Assembly: GCA_045159875.1 (NCBI GenBank)
Contig: CP067995.1
Coordinates: 2,368,001 to 2,432,000, forward strand
Source of the DNA: a cyanobacterium endosymbiont of Rhopalodia gibba
Lineage (GTDB): Bacteria > Cyanobacteriota > Cyanobacteriia > Cyanobacteriales > Microcystaceae
Reading direction: 5' to 3'
DNA: 64,000 bases
The first letter of the stretch is position 1; each line of letters opens with the position of its first letter. The notes below the pieces were generated by a model. The model did not search any database and was not told where the DNA came from. It saw only the letters and a list, made by a program, of their open reading frames with translations. The position numbers and the translations under genes are program-made. Below are positions 1-10,719 of the stretch, piece after piece.

Positions 1-360
1 TCTAATTGACTATAAACTTCTTTAAGCAGGCTAAATACATCTGCTACTACTTCAGTTTATAGCATTAATTTGTTTGCAACATTTCTAGAAGATTTCTAAA
101 GACTTAGACTAACCTCTTGAATAGTGACTTCTTTATCCTCTAATCACAACAATTTCATCAATTGCCAACCGTTTCAATAGCTGATATTTTTCATCTGCAA
201 TTTTTGACGTATATCATTGAGTGTTATTTTGGTCTGTTGTCCATCTACTCTATTTCTTTTGGCTATATTCTTAATGTCATTATTTAAGACATATTTAATA
301 GTTTTTATCTGAGAATCTTCACAATGTGTTCTTTTCTTTTAAATTAGCTAAACTCTTCTG
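1..360 (-). mobile_element. ISL3-family transposase relic, copy A (runs off the window start, internal deletion of about 111 bp)
   Basis: Reverse complement of 1-114 matches 8518-8631 with 1 mismatch; 121-360 matches 8161-8400 with about 10 mismatches. The translation includes ISL3-like LAIDEI and EVVADVF motifs. Confidence 0.8.
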
Positions 361-536
361 TAAGAGAGTTAGCTCTCAGTCATTAGACTATACCAGCAAA
401 TTACAACATCTACTGCTTGATTTGCTCGGGTTTTCTTTATAAAAACTTTTGTTCTGTCCGACGCAACCTAATCGAGGCATTCTAAGATTCTATTTTTGTC
501 TTCCATTTTGATAAAGAAGCTAATCTTTTTACAACT

Positions 537-965
537 TTAACTTTTCTGCTTATGATGATGAACTTCAATAACAGTATGAACATTTCCCCTAGGATTAAAA
601 TCTCCTTTTAATGTTACTTCTAGTGGATCGCAAGCTACCACAAAATCGTCCAGGATTTGGTTAATCGATTCTTCATGAGAAATATAGAGATCACGGTAAC
701 GATTAATATACAATTTTAATGCTTTTAATTCAACCACTTTTTCATCGGGAACATAGGCTAAATAAAGGTTAGCAAAATCGGGATAACCAGAAAAGGGACA
801 CTTACAAGTAAACTCAGACAAAGTAATATTAATGTCATACCGTCGACCTATACGAGGATTAGGAAAAGTGATTAATTTTCCTTCTTCAATAAACCGTTCC
901 CCATATCTAATCTCCGAAGAATCAGACTTAAAATTAGAAGGTTGAGAATTAGCAACTTGATTCAT
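537..965 (-). CDS. queF: NADPH-dependent 7-cyano-7-deazaguanine (preQ0) reductase
   Basis: EFTCKCPFSGYPDFA, VELKALKLY, SHEE and FNPRGN motifs of QueF. Confidence 0.95.
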   Translation of the reverse strand: MNQVANSQPSNFKSDSSEIRYGERFIEEGKLITFPNPRIGRRYDINITLSEFTCKCPFSGYPDFANLYLAYVPDEKVVELKALKLYINRYRDLYISHEESINQILDDFVVACDPLEVTLKGDFNPRGNVHTVIEVHHHKQKS

Positions 966-1012
966 TATTGAAATACTCTTTTTAACTTACCTAACTCTCC
1001 TATTGTAAACTA

Positions 1013-2317
1013 TCAACTATTAACTAGAAGTAACCAAACTATAAATTTTGTCCCCATATTGCCTATTGCATCAGTGGGACTAACAAGTTCAATCAATCCT
1101 TGCATCTGAGTAACTAAATCTTTAGCAATCGCTAAACCTAATCCACTTCCTACAATCTCTCCTTTCTCTTGAACCCCTCGATAATGACGCTCAAAAATAT
1201 GTTCTTGATCTTCAACAGGAATACCACACCCTGTATCTTCAATTACAACACCTTGATAACTTTTTCCATTAGTTATAGAGAGTAACCCAACTTGTATAAA
1301 TACTTGACCTCCCGATGGTGTATATTTAAAAGCGTTGTTAATAATATTACTGAAGACCTCTCTGAGTGCTTGAGTATCTCCCCATATACAGGGTGAGTCC
1401 TCTAAGATATCGATTCTTAACTCAATTGATTTTTCTTGGGCAATTGATTCAGCAAAAGTCAGCAGTGGTTCTAATATTTCTGTAACCTGAATAGCTGATA
1501 AAGATAGAGATTGTTCTGAGGGAAGAGAACGAGTTGAGCGAGTATCAAGAGTAACAACATCGTCTTTGAGAGAGTGCTTATCAACTTCAAATTCTTGGAG
1601 TAACTCTTGAAGGTGATCACTTTCTCGAACGATACTCTCTGCGATTACCGTACTTTTTTCGTCTGAATGCAACCGCTTAAGTAATAGTTTGCCAAAGATT
1701 TGTAAGGCAGTTAACGGGTTACGCAACTGATGAAATAAATCATCGAGGCGATCGTGTTCTTGTTGTTGTAATGTTTGCTGTTGACTCAATTGTTCTTGAT
1801 ACCATTGTTGATGACTATCTAATAAACGAGCTATCGCTAGGGTTTGAGCAATGGTTTCAATTTGTTCTAATTCTGACTGTTGCCACGGACAATTTTTACG
1901 TTGAGTTACTAATAATCCTACTACGATATCTTTGTAAATCAAGGGTAAGACTAATTGATGAGGATTGCTCAGAATTGTTTTATTTTCATCAATAATTTGG
2001 TGATTACCTTCAAAATAAGTCTTCGAAGATTTCGATATTTTGAGAGAGTTAGCTATCGGTAAACTGATAGAATCGTTTATAAAGTTTTTGATCTTAGGTA
2101 AACCCAAATCAACATTTTTGTTGAGGTAAAACTCACGTTTTTGCGGAGAAAATAAGAGGGGAATCAAACTCGTCTGTGTTTCTTCTTCTCTTTCCTGGGT
2201 CAGATAAATTCCACTCCAATCAGCCTTTAGTCCTTGAGTTAACAACGTTGTTTGAGCTTGACATAAGGTAATGAATTCTTTACTTGGTGTTACGAAAGTG
2301 TAAGTAGCAGAGGACAT
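1013..2317 (-). CDS. hik2: GAF-domain sensor histidine kinase, Hik2/chloroplast sensor kinase orthologue
   Basis: N-terminal EFITLCQAQ..LLTQGL.ADWSGIYL, H-box HQLRNPLTAL, N-box NAFKYT, G-boxes DTGCGIP and GSGLGLAI. Confidence 0.8.
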   Translation of the reverse strand: MSSATYTFVTPSKEFITLCQAQTTLLTQGLKADWSGIYLTQEREEETQTSLIPLLFSPQKREFYLNKNVDLGLPKIKNFINDSISLPIANSLKISKSSKTYFEGNHQIIDENKTILSNPHQLVLPLIYKDIVVGLLVTQRKNCPWQQSELEQIETIAQTLAIARLLDSHQQWYQEQLSQQQTLQQQEHDRLDDLFHQLRNPLTALQIFGKLLLKRLHSDEKSTVIAESIVRESDHLQELLQEFEVDKHSLKDDVVTLDTRSTRSLPSEQSLSLSAIQVTEILEPLLTFAESIAQEKSIELRIDILEDSPCIWGDTQALREVFSNIINNAFKYTPSGGQVFIQVGLLSITNGKSYQGVVIEDTGCGIPVEDQEHIFERHYRGVQEKGEIVGSGLGLAIAKDLVTQMQGLIELVSPTDAIGNMGTKFIVWLLLVNS

Positions 2318-2548
2318 AAGGGATTTAATCCATCAAGTTATAAAGTTTTGTTAAGAAAATGATTTTTAATCATTTCGTAATTTTTCCTTAAGTTTAGCGA
2401 AATATATTGATTATTGAAGTCTTCTGACTTTAACAGATACACCAAAATGTGGACAAAGGCTCTTGATTTCTTAGGTTAAACTAGGTATAATGACCTCAAC
2501 TTTTGTAACGATGATTACAGCATGTATCCAGAATAGGAGGTAATCGGG

Positions 2549-2878
2549 TTGGCAAGAAAACGTAAGCGCAAGAGTCATCGTCGTCAAGAAGGTCGTAGGA
2601 TTCTCGAGATTGTACCCCAGTATAGTATCGAAAGTGGTGAAGATAAACCAGTGACAGCCGCAAGGAAGCATATTGGGGCAGTCGGGATCCAACCTCCGGC
2701 TTTGCTAATTGTAAAACGAAACGAGCACACAACGGATAGATACTTTTGGGCAGAAAAGGGTTTGTTCGGTGCCCAGTACGTTGAAGAAAATCATTTTCTC
2801 TTTCCCAGTTTGCGAGAATTCCAGCCTCCTGTGCACAGTAGAGTTCCCGTAGTGATGACCGCTGGAAGTGATCGTTAA
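2549..2878 (+). CDS. Conserved cyanobacterial DUF3155-family protein (TTG start)
   Basis: MARKRKRKSHRRQEGRRILE..PQYSIESGE; AGGAGG ribosome-binding site just upstream. Confidence 0.8.
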   Translation: MARKRKRKSHRRQEGRRILEIVPQYSIESGEDKPVTAARKHIGAVGIQPPALLIVKRNEHTTDRYFWAEKGLFGAQYVEENHFLFPSLREFQPPVHSRVPVVMTAGSDR

Positions 2879-2925
2879 CAAACAAGTAAGATCGCTGACT
2901 TTTCTCTAATGAAGTTTAAAATCTC

Positions 2926-2960
2926 ATTTCCCATTCTGAATATAAATAGATTGGGAAATG
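2926..2960. terminator. Stem-loop between convergent genes
   Basis: catttcccattct...agattgggaaatg, 13-bp arms with 1 mismatch. Confidence 0.5.
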
Positions 2961-2984
2961 TCTCGCTGCGGTTGTAATTTATTT

Positions 2985-3539
2985 TTAAGGATTGCCAGCA
3001 GATTTCAAAAAGTCCACTTTTTGTAGCCGAGCCAGTTCGTCTCGATGAGCTGTTACTATGACTAAACTCTGCACATTCTCATCCGGTTGTGACTGGTCAG
3101 TTTCTGATGTCGTCTTAACTTCGAGTAAAACTTTTTCGACACGTCCTGATTTCTTCCAATAAAAGAGTCCACTAACTGGACATAAGAGAACTAGTCCCAG
3201 AAACAATAAAGTCAACGAAGGATATAAAAAAGATAGAACTAAGGAAAAACAAAATAATCCTATAGCCGCTAACCCACTCAGAAAAATAGCAAGGAACCAA
3301 CTAGGACTAACAAAACCTTCAAAAGTCACAGTCTGGTGTTGGAGATCAACAGAACTAATGTGATAAGCACGTTGAGTAAAATATACTTGTAGTTGACTTA
3401 AAAGCTGATCTATAGACTCTCGGGAGGTTAACTTGATTCGTTCGGTGCGATCTTTAGCAGATGCGCGGATAAAAAAGAACAAACCCATCATTAACAGAAG
3501 AGTCAGAAAAAAAGTAGAGCTAAGAACAGGAAGATTCAC
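2985..3539 (-). CDS. ccb1: Cofactor assembly of complex C subunit B (CCB1/DUF3529; cytochrome b6 heme ci attachment)
   Basis: STFFLTLLLMMGLFFFIRASAKDRTE, FEGFVSPSWFLA and C-terminal TAHRDEL motifs. Confidence 0.8.
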   Translation of the reverse strand: MNLPVLSSTFFLTLLLMMGLFFFIRASAKDRTERIKLTSRESIDQLLSQLQVYFTQRAYHISSVDLQHQTVTFEGFVSPSWFLAIFLSGLAAIGLFCFSLVLSFLYPSLTLLFLGLVLLCPVSGLFYWKKSGRVEKVLLEVKTTSETDQSQPDENVQSLVIVTAHRDELARLQKVDFLKSAGNP

Positions 3540-3611
3540 AAAGTTAAGGGGTAGGTTAGTTATCCAAATTATCGATTACGATAAACTATTATTTATTTAG
3601 AGAATAATAGT

Positions 3612-4007
3612 TCAGAGTTTTTCTTGGAATTTCTGGACCTCATAAGTATAGAATTTCTGGAAAGCTCCTATTGTGCCAAACTCATAACTGGGGACTGGAA
3701 AAGGCAACAATAATTCAGTTTCGTAAATACTAAACAGAAGATAGTTTCGCCGAATAGTCTCTTTAGCAATCACTTGTTCAATTTGTGGTCGTCCTGTATC
3801 TATTAGGGTTTTACAATAGCTTTGTAAGAAGCCTCCTAATTGTTGAGGGGCTTTGGGGCAAACTTCTTGTTTTAAATATTCAGTGAGGACATCAGTAGCA
3901 TAGTGTTCATAGTCATTCTGTCCTGGATTGGTTATCACCATCAAAACACTAATTCCAGCTAACGCAACTCCCCCGACGGTATTCACCAATTGTAACGCTT
4001 CCATCAC
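3612..4007 (-). CDS. DUF4359-family protein
   Basis: N-terminal TM segment followed by TNPGQNDYEHYA and RRNYLLFSIYETEL, typical of this cyanobacterial family. Confidence 0.65.
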   Translation of the reverse strand: MMEALQLVNTVGGVALAGISVLMVITNPGQNDYEHYATDVLTEYLKQEVCPKAPQQLGGFLQSYCKTLIDTGRPQIEQVIAKETIRRNYLLFSIYETELLLPFPVPSYEFGTIGAFQKFYTYEVQKFQEKL

Positions 4008-4106
4008 TTTTTTGGTTACTTAAACTTGCTTAACTATTAGGATAACTTAGTTTAGACGATGATGAAATAAACAAAAAATATGCTACACTGAATACTGGGT
4101 GTATAT

Positions 4107-4180
4107 GGCGAGCGTAGCCAAGTGGTTAAGGCAGCGGTTTGTGGTACCGCCATTCGTGGGTTCAATTCCCATCGCTCGCC
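4107..4180 (+). tRNA. trnH: tRNA-His(GTG)
   Basis: Encoded G-1, acceptor stem GCGAGCG/CGCTCGC, anticodon arm gcggt-ttGTGgt-accgc, T-loop GGTTCAATTCC; CCA not encoded. Confidence 0.97.
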
Positions 4181-4237
4181 CTAGTTTATACAGCTTTTCG
4201 TCTTTTTTTTTCGATCCAGGATGTGGTATCTTCTAAT

Positions 4238-4792
4238 TCAGGGAAAATGATTGCCTAGTTGGTAAAAACGAAGTCTACCGAGTCCAAGATATAACCCTAG
4301 AGGGTTTTCCCCTTTCGGATAAGCAATAAGACTGAATGGATAGACCCCTGCTAATTCAGGATTTTGTTTGGGTTTTAGTCCTACAGTAAAGGTTGTTCCT
4401 GGAGCAATAGGGTAATCGAAGATGAGAGTAATGGCTTCATTATCTAAATTTCTTTTTATACGAGCAATGGTTAAAGACTTGCCTCTATTAATTAGTTCTC
4501 CCTCAAAAGCAAGGGTTTCGTCTAAATAATAGTTAATAATTTGGGTTGTTTGAACTTGTTGCAGTGTTAATTTCTTAAGAGGTTCGCCAACGTCATTTCC
4601 CAACTCAATTGTAAAGTAATACTTTGCCCCCTTCACCCTAATGCCACTCGACGTTGTGATTGCATTAACTAAACGAGGTGACTTGTTAAACATAGTCGTT
4701 CCATTCCCTAATTCCATCGCTAGGCCAGGGAAAACACTAAGGGTTAGTATACTTGCTATTTCTAAGATAGGTTTAAAATTAATGCAGCCCAT
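4238..4792 (-). CDS. DUF2808-family exported protein
   Basis: Signal-like N-terminus, FNKSPRLV, YYFTI, IAPGTTFTVGLKP.QNP...GVY, YLGLGRL motifs. Confidence 0.7.
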   Translation of the reverse strand: MGCINFKPILEIASILTLSVFPGLAMELGNGTTMFNKSPRLVNAITTSSGIRVKGAKYYFTIELGNDVGEPLKKLTLQQVQTTQIINYYLDETLAFEGELINRGKSLTIARIKRNLDNEAITLIFDYPIAPGTTFTVGLKPKQNPELAGVYPFSLIAYPKGENPLGLYLGLGRLRFYQLGNHFP

Positions 4793-4824
4793 TGGTGAAA
4801 TCTAAGTTAGGTTTCAAGTCGCCC

Positions 4825-4852
4825 GTACAGGTCAGTTGCCATTGACCTGTAC
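4825..4852 (-). terminator. Stem-loop downstream of pnp
   Basis: gtacaggtca / tgacctgtac perfect 10-bp arms about 20 bp past the pnp stop. Confidence 0.55.
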
Positions 4853-4873
4853 ACTAGAGTTTAGGATTGATCT

Positions 4874-7030
4874 TTAGACAGGAACTGCCGCTTGGCGGGC
4901 TGCTGCTGCTTCATCAGGATGAATGCCCAATCGAGTTAAGTTAAGGCGGCCTTTGCTATCGATTTCTCGTACTTTGACCACGACTTCATCGCCTACAGCG
5001 ACTTCATCTTCTACCTTCCCTACACGCCCTTCGGCTAATTGAGAAATATGAATCATGCCTTCTTTACCAGGAAGCACTTCGACAAAAGCCCCAATTTGAA
5101 TGATACGGGTAACGCGACCCGCATAAACTTCACCTTCATTGAGTTTGCGGGTCATATTGTAAATGATTTGCTTAGCCTTCTCAGCTTTTTCGGCTTCGAG
5201 TGCCGCAATGGTTACAGTTCCATCGTCAGCAATATCAATTTTAGAACCAGTTTGTTCGGTAATACCTTTAATAGTTTTGCCCCCAGGTCCGATCACTAAT
5301 CCAATCATATCGGGATCGATTTTTATAGTTAGTAGACGAGGAGCATAGGGAGATAGATTCGTACGGGGTTTATCAATGGTGGTCAACATTCTATCAAGAA
5401 TATGTAATCGAGCTGGAAGAGCTTGTTCAATGGCTTTTGCCACTACCTCTACAGGCAGTCCGGTGATTTTCATATCCATTTGTAGAGCGGTGATACCATT
5501 ATCAGTGCCAGCCACTTTGAAGTCCATATCGCCCAAAAAGTCTTCAATTCCTTGAATATCAGTCAAAATACGAACTTCATCCCCTTCTTTAATCAGTCCC
5601 ATAGCTGCACCACTAACTGGTTTCATGATAGGAACCCCTGCATCCATTAATGCTAGGGTTGAACCACAAACTGAGCCCATAGAGGTGGAACCATTAGAAG
5701 ATAGCACCTCTGACACCACACGAATCACATAGGGAAACTCTTCTTTCGGGGGAAGAATAGGGGTTATCGCCCGTTCTGCCAAAGCTCCATGTCCAATTTC
5801 TCGGCGGACAGGGGAACGCATGGGTTTGGTTTCCCCCACAGAGAAAGGAAGAAAATTATAGTGATGCAGGTAACGTTTTTCGTCTTCGGGATGAAGATCA
5901 TCAGCAAGATCTTGGGCATCTCCTGGGGTTCCTAAGGTAACAAGGGATAGCACTTGGGTTAATCCCCGTCGGAATAAACCACTTCCATGAACCCGTTGGG
6001 GTAATAAACCAATCTGAGAGGAAATAGGACGCACTTCATCAAGTTTACGACCATCAACGCGAACCCCCTCATTAACAATCTGAGAGCGCATTAATTTTTT
6101 GGTCAAATCTTTGTACAATTTTCCTATAGATTTTGGGTCTTCAGTGGCGGCCACCTTGATTGGGTCTTCTTTGGGTAATTCGGCGATAATCTTGTTAATT
6201 TTGCTTTCTTTAATCTCATCAAGACATTTATCTCGACCACTTTTATTGAGGTCGTATTGTGTCAATACCTTTTTAATTGATTCCGAGGCGTGATCGCGGA
6301 TAAATGCTTCAACCGCTTCATTCACTAACGGTGGTTCCTCAGTAGTCAATTCCAGTCCTAACGCTTCCATCACATCCCATTGAGCTTGAATAAGATCCCG
6401 AACTGCTTCATATCCAAAGTCAATTGCTTCGATGATATCTTGTTCTGGAAGTTGATTAGCTCCTGCTTCGACCATCACCACTCCATCGGGACTTCCAGCA
6501 ACTACGAGATCTAAGTCTCCTGTGTCTATTTCCCGATAGGTGGGGTTAATAATAAAATCATCTCCAATCAACCCAACTCTAACGGCGGCCATTGGACCAA
6601 AGAAGGGAATTTTTGCGACAATCATTGCAATTGACGAACCTGTGACTGCAAGAACGTCGGGGGGAACTTCTTCATCCATCGAAAGAGTCGTAGCAATAAT
6701 TTGTATATCATCCCGTATCCAGTTGGGGCACAGAGGACGTAGAGGACGATCAATTAGGCGGCTAATGAGAATAGCTTTTTCAGGGGGACGACCTTCTCGT
6801 CGCAAAAAACCACCGGGAATACGCCCGGCGGCATACAGTCTTTCTTCATAATCTACGGTTAGAGGAAGAAAATCGATTCCTTCTCTCCCTACTGTTCTTG
6901 TTGCAGTTACCAAAACTGCAGTGTCTCCAGACTGGATTAAAACGGCTCCCCCTGCTTGCGGGGCTAGTAGTCCCAACTTTAGCCGAATATCCCGTCCGTC
7001 AAAAGATATTGACTTATCAAACTCTTGCAT
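4874..7030 (-). CDS. pnp: Polyribonucleotide nucleotidyltransferase
   Basis: Two RNase PH domains ([32 protein letters not shown]) plus KH and S1 domains; 718 aa. Confidence 0.98.
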   Translation of the reverse strand: MQEFDKSISFDGRDIRLKLGLLAPQAGGAVLIQSGDTAVLVTATRTVGREGIDFLPLTVDYEERLYAAGRIPGGFLRREGRPPEKAILISRLIDRPLRPLCPNWIRDDIQIIATTLSMDEEVPPDVLAVTGSSIAMIVAKIPFFGPMAAVRVGLIGDDFIINPTYREIDTGDLDLVVAGSPDGVVMVEAGANQLPEQDIIEAIDFGYEAVRDLIQAQWDVMEALGLELTTEEPPLVNEAVEAFIRDHASESIKKVLTQYDLNKSGRDKCLDEIKESKINKIIAELPKEDPIKVAATEDPKSIGKLYKDLTKKLMRSQIVNEGVRVDGRKLDEVRPISSQIGLLPQRVHGSGLFRRGLTQVLSLVTLGTPGDAQDLADDLHPEDEKRYLHHYNFLPFSVGETKPMRSPVRREIGHGALAERAITPILPPKEEFPYVIRVVSEVLSSNGSTSMGSVCGSTLALMDAGVPIMKPVSGAAMGLIKEGDEVRILTDIQGIEDFLGDMDFKVAGTDNGITALQMDMKITGLPVEVVAKAIEQALPARLHILDRMLTTIDKPRTNLSPYAPRLLTIKIDPDMIGLVIGPGGKTIKGITEQTGSKIDIADDGTVTIAALEAEKAEKAKQIIYNMTRKLNEGEVYAGRVTRIIQIGAFVEVLPGKEGMIHISQLAEGRVGKVEDEVAVGDEVVVKVREIDSKGRLNLTRLGIHPDEAAAARQAAVPV

Positions 7031-8069
7031 GTAGCGTTTGTTCCTTTTTTTATCACGTTTCTTCTTCTAGAGCAATCCTAACATTTTTAGTTCACCCTCG
7101 CTGATTTCTGTGCTACTTAATATTTAGATATTGATATTGTAGGAAATGTGATGATACGAAAGTTGATAAAAAGTTAATATACGAATGATTAATATACGAA
7201 TGTTTTTTATTTTTTTAAAAGTTTTAAGATTTTAAATTCACTTGTAACTATTAAGTGCCAAAGACAGTACTAGTATAGTCGTTGAAAAGTTTAAGGCAAG
7301 ATAATTTTTATAATAATAAATATTATTTATGTGTCTATATTTTAGGGTTATTTTTTTTGGCTAAAAAAATATTTAAAAATTTTAAATAGTTTTATTATTT
7401 CTACTATTTTTCAGATATCATGTCATGTAATTTAAATTTAAAAGTAATATTTTTACATAAGAGGAAACGTCACCAATAATAGTAGCAATATTAAAGATTA
7501 TATTAGATGCTCAAAAAGGATAAATTTTAAAAAACTGGCTATATTCAAACTACTTATTCCTTGCATAAGGAATAGAAACATAATATCTTTGTCCTTAAAT
7601 TTACTAGTAAATGCTCTGCATATAAATATTTATAAAAAATCATAGCCTCCGGAATAGTTCCAGTAACAATTTTAGTAATTCTAGTTAGAAACTATTTTTC
7701 GGCACAGGGAATATAGGGTATAGCGATTATACTTAATATTTATTGAGTGATTAATTTAGTATTGTTTTATATTAAAAATATAAATATAGAGTTTTGCTAT
7801 AAATAATTAACTAGGTATTTTTTTTTATAAACAGTAAATATTGTAGTCTCTTTTTTAAAAAAATTAGACATTTTGCTGAAATTATTTACTTAACTTATCA
7901 TGAAAAAGTTTACCTAGTTTAATCAATAATGAAAATACTTAAAATTAGTTATTTTTATGTCTAAAATAAAATAATAATAGTTTTATTTTTCTAAAAAAAT
8001 ACCCAATAGCAATTGGCATTTATTGTGATTTAACTACTAGGAAATTTAATTAAATTAATGAATTAATTT

Positions 8070-9110
8070 TGACTGATTTTTCTGCTTAATAAAAATTCGT
8101 CTATCTCAAGATAGATTGTCATTAAATGAACTATATATAGTTAATGTACAAATACATTCCCAGAAGAGTTTAGCTAATTTAAAAGAAAAGAACACATTGT
8201 GAAGATTATTAGATAAAAACTATTCAATATGTCTTAAACAACGACATTAAGAATATAGCTAAAAGAAATAGAGTAGGTGGACAACAGACCAAAATAACAC
8301 TCAATGATATACGTCAAAAATTGCAGATAAAAAATATCAGCTATTGAAACGGTTGGCAATTGATGAAATTGTTGTGATTAGAGAATAAAGGAGTCACTAT
8401 ACAATAGTAGTAGATTTAGACGAAGAAATGAGTATAGAATTATGGAAGAAAGAACATCTGAAGAAATAGTAAAATAGTTATAAAATTTAGAAAAAAAGTT
8501 TTAAACAAAATTCAATAGGTTGGTCTAAGTCTTTAGAAATCTTCTAGAAATGTTGCAAACAAATTAATGCTATAAACTGAAGTAGTAGCAGATGTATTTA
8601 GCCTGCTTAAAGAAGTTTATAGTCAATTAGATAGTGAAATAAAAACTATTAAACAAAAATATAAATGGCTTTAAATACTAGTTAACACCAAAAAAAGTGA
8701 GGTTTAAATAAAAGTCAATATGTTTTGTGTAAAAATTAAGAAGATTTAAGCAAAGAACAAAGAGTAAAATAAAACTAAGTGTATAAAAAACACCATTCCT
8801 TTCTTTTCAAGAAGACACCAATTAGAAGAAATAAGTAATTTAGAATATTTTCGATAAAAACGAATAATTGGTATTAGTACTATTGAAATTAGCCGATTAG
8901 TATCAAAAAACTTATTTATTGCACCCAAAAAAATTCCAGAATAATTCAGCTAAGCGTTGAATTATTAGAAATCATTGTATATTTTTACCTAAGGAAAAAT
9001 AAAGAAACAGTAAAATATAGTAATAATAAATTGGAGTTGATTATAAGTAGAACTTATAGACTTAAAAATTTTGTCAATTTTTAACTATAAAATTTTTTAA
9101 CTTAGCATTT
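8070..9110 (+). mobile_element. Heavily degraded ISL3-family transposase, copy B (ends approximate)
   Basis: Mixed-frame translation gives VLNNDIKNIAKRN, RLAIDEIVV..HYTIVVDLD, EVVADVFSLLKEVYSQLD, SQYVLCKN*EDLSKEQR and SNNKLELIISRTYRLKNFVNF, in the order of ISL3 motifs (LGIDE, IVADRFH, KYALLKN, GINNKLKLIKRRAYGFRNF); many stops and frameshifts. Confidence 0.8.
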
Positions 9111-9624
9111 CACTAGCTAATTTTATATCATTAGTATCAGTTCTGTATAACTAAAAAAGTTAATTAAAAATCTACACTACAAGAAAAACATACATAGTAT
9201 CTTACACATTCGTCTGGAAATAACTATCAATCACATGAACATACTACAGAAAATAACTTATACTTTGCCTAAGTTTGATTGTATTTTAATAAAAGTTTAA
9301 TGCTTATCATTTTTGAAGTATAAAAGAGTCTCGAAGGTATCAAAAAAAATTACCGATAAGTTTTAAAAATATTCTAACTTGATTCAAATATTGAAATTAT
9401 ATTTCCTAAGAACCAAATAAAGTAAAGTAATTCAAAAAATTGTATTTAATTCAAAACAAGGATAAAAATAAGATATTGAGTTGGCTCATAATATAGAAAA
9501 AAGATAGGTTTTTAGATAAAATAACTGCCGAAATAATATCTCTATTTTAAATACTTTGTCTGTTTTAAATGTCTTAGAAGATTGGCGATTATACTTTATA
9601 TAAATGTTTAATTATTCAATAAAA

Positions 9625-9672
9625 TATTCCCTTAATAATATGTTGCTTAAAAAACATATTATTAAGGGAATA
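9625..9672. repeat. Perfect inverted repeat, 20-bp arms, 8-nt loop
   Basis: tattcccttaataatatgtt / aacatattattaagggaata. Confidence 0.9.
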
Positions 9673-10535
9673 ACATGACTATTTAATTTTAATTTAACGA
9701 ATTTTATGTCTAATACTAATGCCACTAACTTGGGTGAATGTAGCACAGAAAAGTTTAATTTTTGTTCAACAATTTTCTCAATTTATGGTTGTCTAAAATC
9801 TAAATTTAAGTAACATAAAGAGCAGGGAGTGACTAAACAACCTGCCCCCGCTTCTTCAATAGCTTCTTTTAGGTAATTTACTGCAATTTTAAACGACTTT
9901 TTGGTCGCATGTTTAGGGAAAACCACAATATAGAGTCCGTCCTTAATAATAGATAGGAGTTGCCCCAAAGGTACAAAACAACTTTTTAAACACTCTGATT
10001 CAAAGCGATTATCATAAGGAAGACTATCCTGAGTTCGTAATAAATAACAGCCATAAAATGCAGCTAAATTTAAATAAATTAACTTCTTTATCACTTTTTT
10101 TAAAAATTTTTGAAGACCATAATCAGCTACTAATGCCCATAATATATATTTAACTTCAGTCGCTCTTTAATAAGGAAAACAATGTTCTTTCTCTAAGAAT
10201 ACATTAACTTGTTTTAAATAATTAGGGTCATTTTACTATGCATTTTTAAGACGTTCGTCTACATACCCAATGACTCCCTGACAGGTACTACATACAATTA
10301 GGTTAACAAGGGGAGATTCAAAGACTCAGCTAAAGCAATATTACGCGCATTGACCGTAGACCGTATTTTCTAATAACTGGGAATCTCCTTGATAAATTAC
10401 TAAACCACAACAGGCGGCTTTTTTGAGCTCAATCGATTCTATTCCCAACAAATCAGTGAGAGCAGCAGTAGACAGATAAAGTTTACGACAAGCACCTTTG
10501 GTAACACAACCCGGATAATAAGCGCATTTCAGCAT
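9673..10535 (-). pseudogene. hdrB: Heterodisulfide reductase subunit B-like (CCG-domain) protein, pseudogene
   Basis: Fragments MLKCAYYPGCVTKGAC...KKAACCG, AAFYGCYLLR, AGCLVTPCSLCYLNLDFRQP*, SVLHSPKLVAL; broken by frameshifts, stops and an apparent internal deletion. Confidence 0.85.
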
Positions 10536-10719
10536 TGTTTAACGTACCGGATGATAGGTCTAGGAACTCTCACTGTTAAGGCGAAGTTTAACAATAAGTT
10601 TTTGTTTTTACTGGTTCTACAACATATTTCGTCTTTCCCACATATCTAAAACATTCAATTGCGCTAACTCATTTTGAAAAAATTTGGGATAATGACCATA
10701 ACTGAATAAACGCTAAACT

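Noticed and set aside
5039..7104. Plus-strand ORFs overlapping pnp, and similar ones inside hik2, valS, gcvP, uvrB, ccdA and cruA
   Set aside because: They are antisense or alternate-frame shadows with no recognisable motifs.
8746..8928. 60-aa minus-strand ORF
   Set aside because: It lies antisense to the ISL3 relic and has low complexity.
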